A DNA stretch of 64,000 bases from the NCBI GenBank assembly GCA_963665665.1, contig OY762428.1, forward strand, positions 1,024,001-1,088,000. The letters are read 5' to 3'. The stretch comes from Candidatus Kapaibacterium sp. (lineage in GTDB: Bacteria; Bacteroidota; Ignavibacteria; Kapaibacteriales; UBA2268). How positions within the stretch are numbered: position 1 is the first letter of the stretch; each line of letters begins with the position of its first letter. The position numbers and the translations under genes were made by a program. This document shows positions 30,785 to 41,300 of this stretch, in pieces. The notes below the pieces were generated by a model. That model did no database searches. It was not told where the DNA came from and saw only the letters and a program-made list of their open reading frames with translations.

Positions 30785-31175
30785 TATTCACCTGATACAC
30801 ATAGAAATATTGAATTTACGAATTTTTTGAAATCGCAGTTTCAATTATTCAAATACTGTTTCCGCTCCCTAAAGCGCGAAGTGTGAAACCTTCTTATGGA
30901 ATCATGCATCAAATTGGAATTCATCTCTCCGAAAGTCCAATCAGGGGTACGCAGAAAAAGCAATTTAGGATATCATTCAAATCGCAACAAATAACCTGCA
31001 ACCCGCATGAATACCGGATTACTCACTCCATTCAGTCTGCCCTACACCTGCACACTCTTACAATTAAATATCTGATAAACTCCGGAAAGCTATTAAGAAA
31101 AGTTTTAGTTCGATTATGGAACATCGTATAAGTTAAAACAAATTTTTAGTAAATTGTGAATAAAACATAATTCTA

Positions 31176-33083
31176 ATGACAGAAAATATAAATATTGAAA
31201 CTGAAAGTAAGGGTCAGGAAGGCATTGCCAGCCTGGAGCAGAAACTGGCAAACCTACCCGTAAAGCCGGGAGTATATCAGTTTAAGAATAAATCCGGAAA
31301 AGTGATCTACGTTGGAAAAGCAAAGATACTTCGCAACCGCGTCAGGCAGTATTTCCAGAACAAACGCCCGGTTGATGCTAAAACTGTAGCTATGGTCAGC
31401 AAAATAGCCGACCTGGAAGTAATTGTGGTTGATTCGGAGGCAGAAGCCCTGATACTTGAAGACACCCTGATAAAAAAGCTGAAACCTCGATATAATGTTC
31501 TGCTCAGGGACGACAAATCATATCCTTATATCAGGATAACCAATGAGGAATACCCGAGGATATTCTATACAAGAAAAGTGATAAGGGACGGATCGAAATA
31601 TTTCGGGCCTTTCACGGATGTGGGGCAGATGAAATCTGTGCTGAAGATCAGCCGCAACCTGTTCAAGATCAGAAGCTGCGACCTGAAACTCACGGAAGCC
31701 GCTATCCGGGACAAAAAATTCAAGATATGCCTGGATTATCATATTGAGAAATGCAAGGGGCCATGCGAAGGTTTTATCACTAAAGCTGAGTATAACGAAG
31801 ACGTCTCCCGTGCAGTCAAGATAATTACCGGAAAAACCAGGGAGCTTGAAAAGTCCATGGAAGAGGAGATGAAGGAGCTATCGGAAAAAATGGAGTTCGA
31901 AGCTGCTGCCGAAGTCAGGAACAAACTGCTTATGCTGAAAGATTTCACATCGAAACAAAAGATTATCACAACAGAAATGATTGACCGCGATATGTTTGCA
32001 CTTGCCCGCGTTGATGATTCGGCATGTGCTATTGTATTTAAAATCCGGGAAGGCAAGCTGATAGGAAAACGTCATTTTATAATAACAAAAGCTGACGAAC
32101 AATCCGACGATGATATTATACGACGAACAGTTGAAAAATGGTATATAGAAACAGATTTTATTCCTCCCGAGATACTTCTGCAAAGCGAGCCGGCAGAACT
32201 TGAATACCTGACCGACTGGCTGGGGCAGCGCAGGGGCAGGCCGATTCATATTCATATACCTCAGCGCGGCGACAAGAAAAGCCTGCTGAACATGGCCAGG
32301 GCAAACGCAGAATTCGTACTCAGGGAATATCACCTGGCAATAGCAAAACGCGAACAGTCAGTTCCCCATGCCGTAACAGCATTACAGCGGGACCTGAGAA
32401 TGAAAAAACCGCCTCGCCGGATTGAGTGCTTCGACAACTCGCATATACAGGGAACCGACCTTGTATCATCGCTCGTGGTATTCGAGGACGGCAAACCCAA
32501 AAAATCTGATTACAGGAAGTTTAAAAATAAGACTGTATTGAAAAATGATGATTTTGCCGCTATGAGAGAAGTGGTTCAAAGACGCTATACCCGGCTTGTA
32601 AATGAAGAAACCGTGTTGCCCGACCTGATTATTATTGATGGAGGTAAAGGGCAGCTTTCATCAGCATACAGAATATTGACAGACCTGGGAATTCAGGATA
32701 AGATAACTATTGTAGGACTTGCTAAGAAACTGGAGGAAGTTTTCTTTCCGGGTGAATCCGAACCGCTGATCCTGCCCAGAACATCCAACAGCCTGAAACT
32801 GATTCAGCAGCTCAGGGATGAGGCACACAGGTTTGCGATTACTTTCCACCGCCAACTTAGAAGTAAAAGAACTTTTCAGACAATACTTACAAACATTCCG
32901 GGCATTGGAGAAAAGACTGCCACCAAATTACTAAGTGAATTCGGCTCGGTTGAAAATATTCGTAAGGCTGATGATGAAAAATTGAAAAATATCGTGAATG
33001 ATAAAATTTTCAAAGCGATAAGAGAATTTGATTTCGAACAGGCAGAAAAGGAAGACGATGAAAGAACTGAAGAAATTATCTGA
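31176..33083 (+). CDS. uvrC: Excinuclease ABC subunit C
   Basis: GIY-YIG (PGVYQF...YVGKAK), RIECFDNSH, DGGKGQ, RDEAHRFA, HhH IPGIGEK. Confidence 0.97.
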   Translation: MTENINIETESKGQEGIASLEQKLANLPVKPGVYQFKNKSGKVIYVGKAKILRNRVRQYFQNKRPVDAKTVAMVSKIADLEVIVVDSEAEALILEDTLIKKLKPRYNVLLRDDKSYPYIRITNEEYPRIFYTRKVIRDGSKYFGPFTDVGQMKSVLKISRNLFKIRSCDLKLTEAAIRDKKFKICLDYHIEKCKGPCEGFITKAEYNEDVSRAVKIITGKTRELEKSMEEEMKELSEKMEFEAAAEVRNKLLMLKDFTSKQKIITTEMIDRDMFALARVDDSACAIVFKIREGKLIGKRHFIITKADEQSDDDIIRRTVEKWYIETDFIPPEILLQSEPAELEYLTDWLGQRRGRPIHIHIPQRGDKKSLLNMARANAEFVLREYHLAIAKREQSVPHAVTALQRDLRMKKPPRRIECFDNSHIQGTDLVSSLVVFEDGKPKKSDYRKFKNKTVLKNDDFAAMREVVQRRYTRLVNEETVLPDLIIIDGGKGQLSSAYRILTDLGIQDKITIVGLAKKLEEVFFPGESEPLILPRTSNSLKLIQQLRDEAHRFAITFHRQLRSKRTFQTILTNIPGIGEKTATKLLSEFGSVENIRKADDEKLKNIVNDKIFKAIREFDFEQAEKEDDERTEEII

Positions 33084-35046
33084 AGCCCTGAAAAATACAA
33101 AGCTGATGGAAGGGAATTACAGGATCAGGCAATTCCCTGAAATGTTTGTTTATAAGAGTATAAAGAATGGTGATAAATTCAGTTCTACATCCGACCGAAT
33201 AAAAAATTTGCGAAATTCAGGAAATGACCTCCCCAAACCTACCTTGTCCCGACCTGTCGGGATCCAAAGGAGGGGCTTAAATTTAGTAGACCTCCCCTTG
33301 CGGGATGGATCGGAAGTCGAAAATTTTCCAAACCCAAATGAATTTTATTCAATGATCATTGATAATATTATCAACAATGATTTTGATTACAGGCAGACAG
33401 ATATTATTTATAACCTGTTTATTCGATATGCATGTGCTTTCGATCATGACGGCGACGGGATCCTGGAAGATAAGCCGGGATTATTAAAAGAAAACGGGAC
33501 CTTCCTGAAAGCTATTGCCATGCTGCCCTATATAAAATATCTCGGCGCCGATACTGTCAGCCTTCTGCCGGTCTGCAAAAGGGGCAAGTCCGGTATGAAG
33601 GGCAACCTTGGATCTCCCTATGCCGTAAGCAACCCTCTGGAAATTGATATTGATCTTGCAGATAATATACACGGCATTTCAGTTGATGAACAGTTCAAGG
33701 CATTTGTTCAGGCTGCACATAAAATGAATATCAGGGTAACAATGGAATTTGTATTCCGCACTGCTTCCCGGGATAGTATTCTGGCTCTTGATCATCCGGA
33801 ATGGTTTTACTGGATATGGGACGATGAAGATATTATTGAGAATTACAGACCGCCAAATTTTGAAAATGAAGTTGTTGATAGAATAATTAAAAAGGCAGAA
33901 TCAGGAAATCTGGAATATCTGCCTGAACCCGATGAAAAATATAAAGGAATATTTGCACCGGTTCCGGATAAATTAAAAATCGAAGACGGAAAAATTATTG
34001 GTTATTCGAAATGTAAGAGATGTATCATACCCGGCGCATTTGCAGACTGGCCGCCTAACGACCCTCAGCCGCCCTGGGATGACGTTACTTACCTGCGCTT
34101 ATACAATCATCCGGATTTTAATTATATCGCCTACAACACCATACGTATGTATGATAACAAACTGAAAAATGATGGGCGAAAAGTCGATGATCTTTGGTAT
34201 TATATTTCAAATATAATACCTCATTATATCAAAAATTTTGATATCGACGGCGTGATGATAGATATGGGGCACGCGATACCATCGGAACTAATGAAAGAAA
34301 TAGTAAAAAAAGCCAGAAGTATAAAACCTGATTTTATATTTTTCGAGGAAAACTTCAATCCCGACGCGCATTCTGTCAGATCAGGATATAATGCATCGCT
34401 CGGCCGTTTGTTTTTTGATATTTATAATACTGATGATTTTAAAAACCTGCTCAGGAAAATATCAACAAAGAAACTATCCCTGCCAATATTTCTCGCTCCG
34501 GAAACACATAATACCCCACGAATTGCTGCCAGGTATAATGATGATAAATTTATGTGCCGTATTGCAGCTTCCCTCCTTTTGCCGGGCCTGCCATATATTC
34601 ATTCCGGGGTTGAAACCGGCGAGAAACGCCCTGTAAATACAGGCCTGAATTTCTTTCCTGAAGAATCAGCCCAATATCCGGAGGAAGAACTGCCACTATT
34701 CTCGGCTCATTACATGAATCCGGGGCAGAATGAATTATTCAGAATAAATTTATTAAAAGAATTATTCTCAATCCGGGAGGAATTCGGAATTGATAAAAAT
34801 TCTGAATTAGTATTGCCTGAAGTTTCAAATAAAAATATAATAGCTTTTATTATTACTGGAAATAAAAAGAACCTTTTATTTGTATCAAATTTTTGTGAAG
34901 TAAAGGAGATTTATTTCAACCTGAAAATCAATAGCGCCAAAACCTTTTATAATTATCAGGATAAAAGGATCATCAATTTTATCAACTCCTCTTTAATTTT
35001 AAATCTAAAATCAAATAAATATTACTATGGCGAATTAGTATTTTGA
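33058..35046 (+). CDS. GH13 alpha-amylase family protein, maltosyltransferase-like
   Basis: GTFLKAIAMLPYIKYLG, GSPYAV, EQFKAFVQAAHK, NDPQPPWDDVTYLRLY, IDMGHA, ETHNTPR resemble Thermotoga maltosyltransferase (from memory). Likely start MKELKK at 33058, overlapping uvrC. Confidence 0.8.
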   Translation: MKELKKLSEALKNTKLMEGNYRIRQFPEMFVYKSIKNGDKFSSTSDRIKNLRNSGNDLPKPTLSRPVGIQRRGLNLVDLPLRDGSEVENFPNPNEFYSMIIDNIINNDFDYRQTDIIYNLFIRYACAFDHDGDGILEDKPGLLKENGTFLKAIAMLPYIKYLGADTVSLLPVCKRGKSGMKGNLGSPYAVSNPLEIDIDLADNIHGISVDEQFKAFVQAAHKMNIRVTMEFVFRTASRDSILALDHPEWFYWIWDDEDIIENYRPPNFENEVVDRIIKKAESGNLEYLPEPDEKYKGIFAPVPDKLKIEDGKIIGYSKCKRCIIPGAFADWPPNDPQPPWDDVTYLRLYNHPDFNYIAYNTIRMYDNKLKNDGRKVDDLWYYISNIIPHYIKNFDIDGVMIDMGHAIPSELMKEIVKKARSIKPDFIFFEENFNPDAHSVRSGYNASLGRLFFDIYNTDDFKNLLRKISTKKLSLPIFLAPETHNTPRIAARYNDDKFMCRIAASLLLPGLPYIHSGVETGEKRPVNTGLNFFPEESAQYPEEELPLFSAHYMNPGQNELFRINLLKELFSIREEFGIDKNSELVLPEVSNKNIIAFIITGNKKNLLFVSNFCEVKEIYFNLKINSAKTFYNYQDKRIINFINSSLILNLKSNKYYYGELVF

Positions 35047-35101
35047 TTTTAATTTAGAATAATATACATTACCCGATGTTAAATATTGCACAGGGCTGGC
35101 T

Positions 35102-36346
35102 ATGACAATAGATTTTATTACTTTTTTTCGAACATTATGCAGAAACAGACGGCAAAAATCAGTATTAATCAAACAATTACCAATATCAATAGTGATAATT
35201 TTAATTTCTGTTTCAATTTCTTACTCTCAATCTTCGTTTTCATTAAAAGACGGCATTAATTTACAGGCTTCTGACAGCAGCGTCGCTTGTAAAATAGTTG
35301 TCAGTATGCAGCCGCGAATTGAAGGAGTATGGGGAAAAAATGCGAACGAAGACCTGACGCTGAATTCATATATAAGGCGTTCTCGATTAAAATTCAACGG
35401 TTTCATGTTTACACCAAAATTAACATACCTTATACAGTTTGGGTTCACAAACAGGGATATGGTTTCGAACAGGGATCCGGAAAAAGATAATCCGGGGCCT
35501 CTTTTTGATGCTATGATATACTGGGAATTCATGAAGGGTACAAAACTTGTATTCGGACAAGGTAAGCTTCCCGGCAATTTATCCAGGCTTATGTCATTTG
35601 CTACATTAAGTTTCCCCGAACGCTCATACGCCGAGAAAGTTTTTACAACATACAGGGATAACGGCCTGCAGATTCATCACGAGTCAGGTATTAATAACTT
35701 TAACTGGCGTTTTTACGCGGCTATGACAACAGGCGAAGGCAGGAATATGGAATCGAACGGAAACGGCTATTGCTATACAGGCAGATTAGAATTGCTTCCA
35801 CTCGGGAAATTTGATAAGAAAAATGACAGGTCGGCTTTTGATTCGAACTTTGAGAAAAGCCCGAAATTATTACTTGGCGCTTCATATTCTCTAAACCAGG
35901 ATGCAGTCTGGAACAGGGCTACACTTGGTACGGCATTATTATACCCGGAAGACATCAAATCTCTTTTTGCTGATTTATTATTTAAGTATAATGGGTTTTC
36001 AATCTTTGGCGAATACTATTCGAGGACAGCAGACAATATACTACAAACTAATACTGAAACCGGAGAAAGCACTTATATTTTTGCAGGAAGAGGTGGGTCT
36101 GCCCAAATAAATTATATGATTAGCAATAAATCAAATATTGCCTTTCGTTTTGGATTAGTAGAACCCGATAGCAAAATAAGCAATAAAGTAAGTAAACGAA
36201 AAGATTACGCAATCGGCTATAGTTATTTCCTTTTTAAGAATAAAGTTAAGATCCAGTCTGATATTAGTATGATAAGTGAGAAAAAACAAGGCACGGATAA
36301 GGACGAATGGTTCAACGCAAGGTTCAATGTAATACTTAGCCTGTAA
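35102..36346 (+). CDS. Phosphate-selective porin OprO/OprP-like protein
   Basis: IRRSRLKFNG, FGQGKLPGN, RDNGLQ, TTGEGRN, YTGRLELLPLG. True start uncertain. Confidence 0.75.
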   Translation: MTIDFITFFRTLCRNRRQKSVLIKQLPISIVIILISVSISYSQSSFSLKDGINLQASDSSVACKIVVSMQPRIEGVWGKNANEDLTLNSYIRRSRLKFNGFMFTPKLTYLIQFGFTNRDMVSNRDPEKDNPGPLFDAMIYWEFMKGTKLVFGQGKLPGNLSRLMSFATLSFPERSYAEKVFTTYRDNGLQIHHESGINNFNWRFYAAMTTGEGRNMESNGNGYCYTGRLELLPLGKFDKKNDRSAFDSNFEKSPKLLLGASYSLNQDAVWNRATLGTALLYPEDIKSLFADLLFKYNGFSIFGEYYSRTADNILQTNTETGESTYIFAGRGGSAQINYMISNKSNIAFRFGLVEPDSKISNKVSKRKDYAIGYSYFLFKNKVKIQSDISMISEKKQGTDKDEWFNARFNVILSL

Positions 36347-36515
36347 CAGAACAGTATTCCTGCTTCGAGGATATTCAATTTACCAAACCATCTCCTGCTG
36401 TCACAGAAGATGGTTTGTTTTTTAGTTTGCAATCTTAATTTATTTCAAAATAATATTTTCGTTTCTACTCAGGTTGGTAAATATATTGCTGTTATTGAAG
36501 AAAAATATCGAGAAA

Positions 36516-36607
36516 TGTCATTCTGACCGAGAGCAGCGAGGGAAGAATCCACGTAATATAGCAGAATATGTAGAAGAATGGATACTTCGCTGACGCTCAG
36601 TATGACA
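36516..36607. repeat. REP-like palindromic element
   Basis: TGTCATTCTGA...GAAGAATCC...GGATACTTCGCTGACGCTCAGTATGACA. Confidence 0.8.
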
Positions 36608-36705
36608 GCTTCCTGCAATTTTATCGAATTTTCATTGTTCAGCTAAATAGTAATATATTTTCTTTATATTTGAAAAATGTATTTTCTGAATCGACGGATT
36701 GAATT

Positions 36706-38220
36706 ATGAAACGTATTATATTACTTTTGGCGATCATTTTGACTTTTTCTTCATCGCTTAAATCTGCTGAAATTAACGGACGGATGGAAGATTTTAACGG
36801 TATAAAAACTCTATACGTTTGGGGAACTCACCAGGAAAGAGGATTTGCAATTGGTTATTACTGTGCAGAAGACTTTTACACTGTTTTCAAAGATTATTTC
36901 TTTGCTGAGTTATTCAGTGGGAACACTATTCTTTATAACAACTTAAAAGCTCAGGCCAAATTTCTTATTGGCGTGGAAGATTATTACATAGAAGAAGCTC
37001 AGGGCATTCTGGATGGTATAAAAGAAGCCGGCTGGGACGATGAGTTTTATGAAATTTTCGGTAGGGATTTCGATACTTTTGATATTATTATAGCAAATTC
37101 AGTTCCCGACCTCGCAGCAAGATTTGGTTGCTCAAGTGTTTCAAGCTGGGGAGAATCAACAAAAGACGATCCGGAATTACAGGGTGAACTTGTTATTACA
37201 AGGCTTCTGGACTGGAGCTCAAGCACAGTTCTTGTAAACAGCCAGTTAATGATTGTTCATATTCCTGCAAGCCGTTCTGAACAGGCATGGGTTAACTTTA
37301 CATTCAGCGGGCTGATGGGTTCTGTTTCTGGTATTAATGCCGGTGGTGTATGCGCTTTTCACCACATGGGCAACGATCATGGAAATATTCCATCACAGCA
37401 GGCACACCCAAGTATGCTTACACTAAGAAACGGTTTGGAAATTTGGGATGCCAACGGCGACAACGAAGTAAAATCCTCTGATGTTTATTATGCTTTCAAT
37501 GAAAAAGTTCAGGCCGGTGGTTTTATTATCCATACTGCTTCGGCTCTTGCTAACCAGGACAGTGCAATAATCCTGGAATGTAATCCTGATCACGGCGTTG
37601 TTGTCAGAACAATTGATGACAATACTGAAATTGAAGGAACAAACCTTGTAACAACAAACCATTTCCGGAAAATGATTGCCCCGGAAGATTGTGACCGCTT
37701 CGACCGACTTATGGATTCACTTAGTTCGGATTCCGATATGACCGTTGAAAGAAGCTGGAATATGCTTGGGCAGGCTTGTGGTGCTGACGGAACTTACTGG
37801 TCATATACAATTCATGAAGTGGAATATATCCCCTACCTGAGAAAAGTGAAGTTAGGAATGGCCACCCCGGAACTTCCCGGATGTATGGTTACTCCTATAG
37901 AATTCAACTTGGACGACCTTTTTAATGTAAACGGAATTGAAGACCAGGAAACCAGTGATATCAATGGTATATTGATAAGTCCTAATCCGGTTGATAACCT
38001 GGCCATTATCAGCCTGTCAGAAGAAATAAACGGGACTTGCAGCATGAATATTTTCAATATTAACGGAGAAAAAGTTTATTCTTCTGATTCATACTATTCA
38101 GGCAATAATATAATTGCAGACCTGTCAAACCTGACAAGCGGCGTTTATATCTGCAATATCCTGATCAGTAACAACAATGGAAAAACAACTTCATTCAGCA
38201 GGAAACTGATCAAAAACTGA
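36706..38220 (+). CDS. Ntn-hydrolase (peptidase C45/acyltransferase-like) with T9SS CTD
   Basis: WGTHQERGFAIG, autoproteolytic-type GCSS, RLLDW, SGINAGG, TNHF; ISPNP...SGVYIC CTD. Confidence 0.75.
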   Translation: MKRIILLLAIILTFSSSLKSAEINGRMEDFNGIKTLYVWGTHQERGFAIGYYCAEDFYTVFKDYFFAELFSGNTILYNNLKAQAKFLIGVEDYYIEEAQGILDGIKEAGWDDEFYEIFGRDFDTFDIIIANSVPDLAARFGCSSVSSWGESTKDDPELQGELVITRLLDWSSSTVLVNSQLMIVHIPASRSEQAWVNFTFSGLMGSVSGINAGGVCAFHHMGNDHGNIPSQQAHPSMLTLRNGLEIWDANGDNEVKSSDVYYAFNEKVQAGGFIIHTASALANQDSAIILECNPDHGVVVRTIDDNTEIEGTNLVTTNHFRKMIAPEDCDRFDRLMDSLSSDSDMTVERSWNMLGQACGADGTYWSYTIHEVEYIPYLRKVKLGMATPELPGCMVTPIEFNLDDLFNVNGIEDQETSDINGILISPNPVDNLAIISLSEEINGTCSMNIFNINGEKVYSSDSYYSGNNIIADLSNLTSGVYICNILISNNNGKTTSFSRKLIKN

Positions 38221-38241
38221 TGCCATCAAAATATTTTCTTC

Positions 38242-38274
38242 AAGCCCGCTATCTTCCGGATAACGGGCTTTTTT
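38242..38274. terminator. Intrinsic terminator
   Basis: AAGCCCG...CGGGCTTTTTT between convergent genes. Confidence 0.75.
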
Positions 38275-38302
38275 AATATTAAATGACATTCCTGAAAGCA
38301 AG

Positions 38303-41300
38303 TCATTTTCCTATAAGAATTTTTTTTGTGAAATATTGATTTCTTGTCATTAAAACAATATAATACACACCGCTGGCAACATCTCGAATATCAGTTTCAA
38401 CACTTCTGATTACGATCTGATCGTTCAAGCCACTATCAATGCTCTTAACTCTCTGGCCATAAATATTGTATATGCATAATTCATAAATCCCATTTTCAAC
38501 CAGGCCGATTTCAATTTTCAGTTTATCCTCTGCCGGATTTGGCGAAATATTTATAATTCCTGATTCCGCAAAAGGATTAACAAGCCGTGCGCCTCCTTCC
38601 CTACAAATATTTGATAAAGTAAATTTACCGTCAATAAAAATAATACTGGCGCTATTTAAATCGTAGATTGGATTGGAAAGAATCAGAGGACACTCTGGGC
38701 TGTTCCCCAAACCTGTAATAAAACGTACACGACTAAGCGTATCGCCCGGCACACCATCGATTATGAGGCTATCTAAGGTTATAGAAGCTTTATAATTATC
38801 AATTAATACCTGTTCATAATCAATTGGGTATAATAAAGAAGGATTATATTCCAGATCAACAGATTCCAATTTGATACCTTCCGGCAATTGGTTTTCTATG
38901 TTTTCAAGAAATATTGGAACACTAATTATCTCGCCGGTTTCTGCCTTTTTATCTGGTATTTTAAGTTGAGCCACAGCTAATGGTATTTCTTCTTTTACTA
39001 TTTCTAAGAGAATTCGAATATTACTTTTCCTTTTGCAAATTGAATCAATTAAATTTAAATTTTCATCAATAATACTTTCGTATGCAATGCCCGGGAAAGA
39101 TATTTTTAAATTCCCAAAGTCCTCTGCCGCAATTACAAATCTGTCCGAATTAAAATCAAAAACTCCGGATCCATCTACAAAGGCTGTGTTTCTTATTGTA
39201 CCATTATTAATCAATTGTATGGTAGTATCAATGGTTTCACCGGTATTGACTGTTCCAAGATCAATAATATCATCTTTCCAATGTATATTAACACTATCTT
39301 TTCTGCCGGTAATTGGAATATTCAATATTGAATCAATGTATGAATTTGAATAAATTGATAGTTCTGCTTCTTTTTCTCCTGTTGTTGATGGCCTAAAAAG
39401 AATATTTACATTTTTAGAACTATCAGGTTCAATTTTAAATGGGAATATCTCGTTAACTACAAAATCCTCTTCATTAATACCTGAAATATTGATATCTTTA
39501 ACAACCAATGTATCCTGTCCAATATTTTCTATATAGATATTAGAATAAATGGCTGGCTCGCATAATAAATTCCCGAAACCGGCAAAAGTGGCGGAAATCT
39601 TCGGAACAACAATGCCCTCACCAAACAATTGTAATTTTGCAGGACTGCCTAAGCCGTCAAAATAAAATTCCAACAAACCGCTTTTTCTTCCTGATCTTAC
39701 CGGAGAAAACCTAATGTCCATCAGCCATTCCTGACCCGGGTTTATTACAAACGGGCCGCCTCCGGAAATTGTTGAGTACTCCTCCTCATTTTGTAATGCA
39801 TATTTAGTCTTAGTAATTCGAACCGGCGAATCGCCAATATTTTTAATAGTTGTTATCTGCAAAGTATCTTTATTTTCTCCGACTACTACCTGGCCGAAAT
39901 CAATCAAATTGTTCAGGATCTCAAGTTTAGGTTCGATTCCTTCCCCGAATATTTTATGACGCAAGGTGTCCGATTGGCTAATAATTATCATCTCAGCCTC
40001 GTATAAAATAGCTTTTTTAGGAGAGAATCTAATTTCACAAAAATGAGAAGCTCCGACCCCTACAGTATATTTTGGGAATCCTGAAACAACAGAAAAAATA
40101 CCCCCACCGATTTTGAAATAAATTGAATCCATTCTACAGGGCCATTCCCCGGTATTAATAACAAAATCAGTAATCAGCGAATCTTTATTACTGCCAACCA
40201 AAACCTGCTTCATATCTATATCAATACTCTCTACAACCGGAGTAACAATTGAAAATAGTGAATCAGAAACATCCATCTGTCCTGGCAATTCCTCAGGATA
40301 TAATTTTGCAACCCAGAAAGAATATCTGCCGTGAGCTTTAACATCTCCGTAATAGGATGAGCTGGGGCCACCGGCAATTATACCTCCGTCCTGTAAAATC
40401 CCTATTGCTGTAAGCCTGTCCCATTTCGGCCCACCAAGATTCTTCTCCCAAAGAATATTACCATCTTTATCAATGTTTACAATCCAAAAATCATAATAAC
40501 CCCAATTATTCTGTACATCGCCATCATTGGAATAAGTATATCCTCCTAAGGTACAACCGTCGTTATATGAATTTACTAATGAATAAGCACAATCATCTTC
40601 GCTTCCACCAAAATTCTTTTTAAATAATATTTTTCCGTTTGAATTTAATTTTATCAGGAAAAAATCTCTGCTTTTTATACCACATAAATAGATATTACCA
40701 AAATCATTAACTTTGATATCGTGTATTTCATTATAATTATCCTTATCAATTAATTTATTCCAGACCAGCTGTCCACTATAGTCAACCTTTATTATCCAGA
40801 ATTTTGAACTTTCAATTTTATTTCCTATATCTCCATCTTCCGAAGAAGTGACTCCTGCAATAATAAAACCACCGTCGATAGTAAGATCAATACAAGAAAT
40901 TTTATCATCCTTACTCCCGCCATAATTCTTTACCCACTGAACATTCATATTCTCATCAGTTTTTATCAGGTAGTAATCATATCCGCCTTTATTTTGTCGA
41001 AAAATGCCATCCGATGAGCTTGATGATATGGCAATAATATTTCCACCGTCATAAGTGTTTTTAATATCAATAAAATCATTAGAACCATTTCCACTAAAGT
41101 TTTTCATTTCAACCACTCTGCCGTCATCTAAAGCATGAGCAATTTCAACAACTCCTTTGTTTGATCTTCCAAAATTAAAGCTACCGTCATTTTTCTCAAT
41201 GCCTCGATAATAGTAAATATCTCTGACCCACAGAGTATTACCATTCTTGTCCAGTTTAAATATACCTTTACCAGAGAGTATTAAACAATTGCCATCAGCG

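Noticed and set aside
30790-31170. ncRNA or small gene upstream of uvrC (ORF 30883-31131)
   Set aside because: No recognisable motif, stable structure or protein signature.
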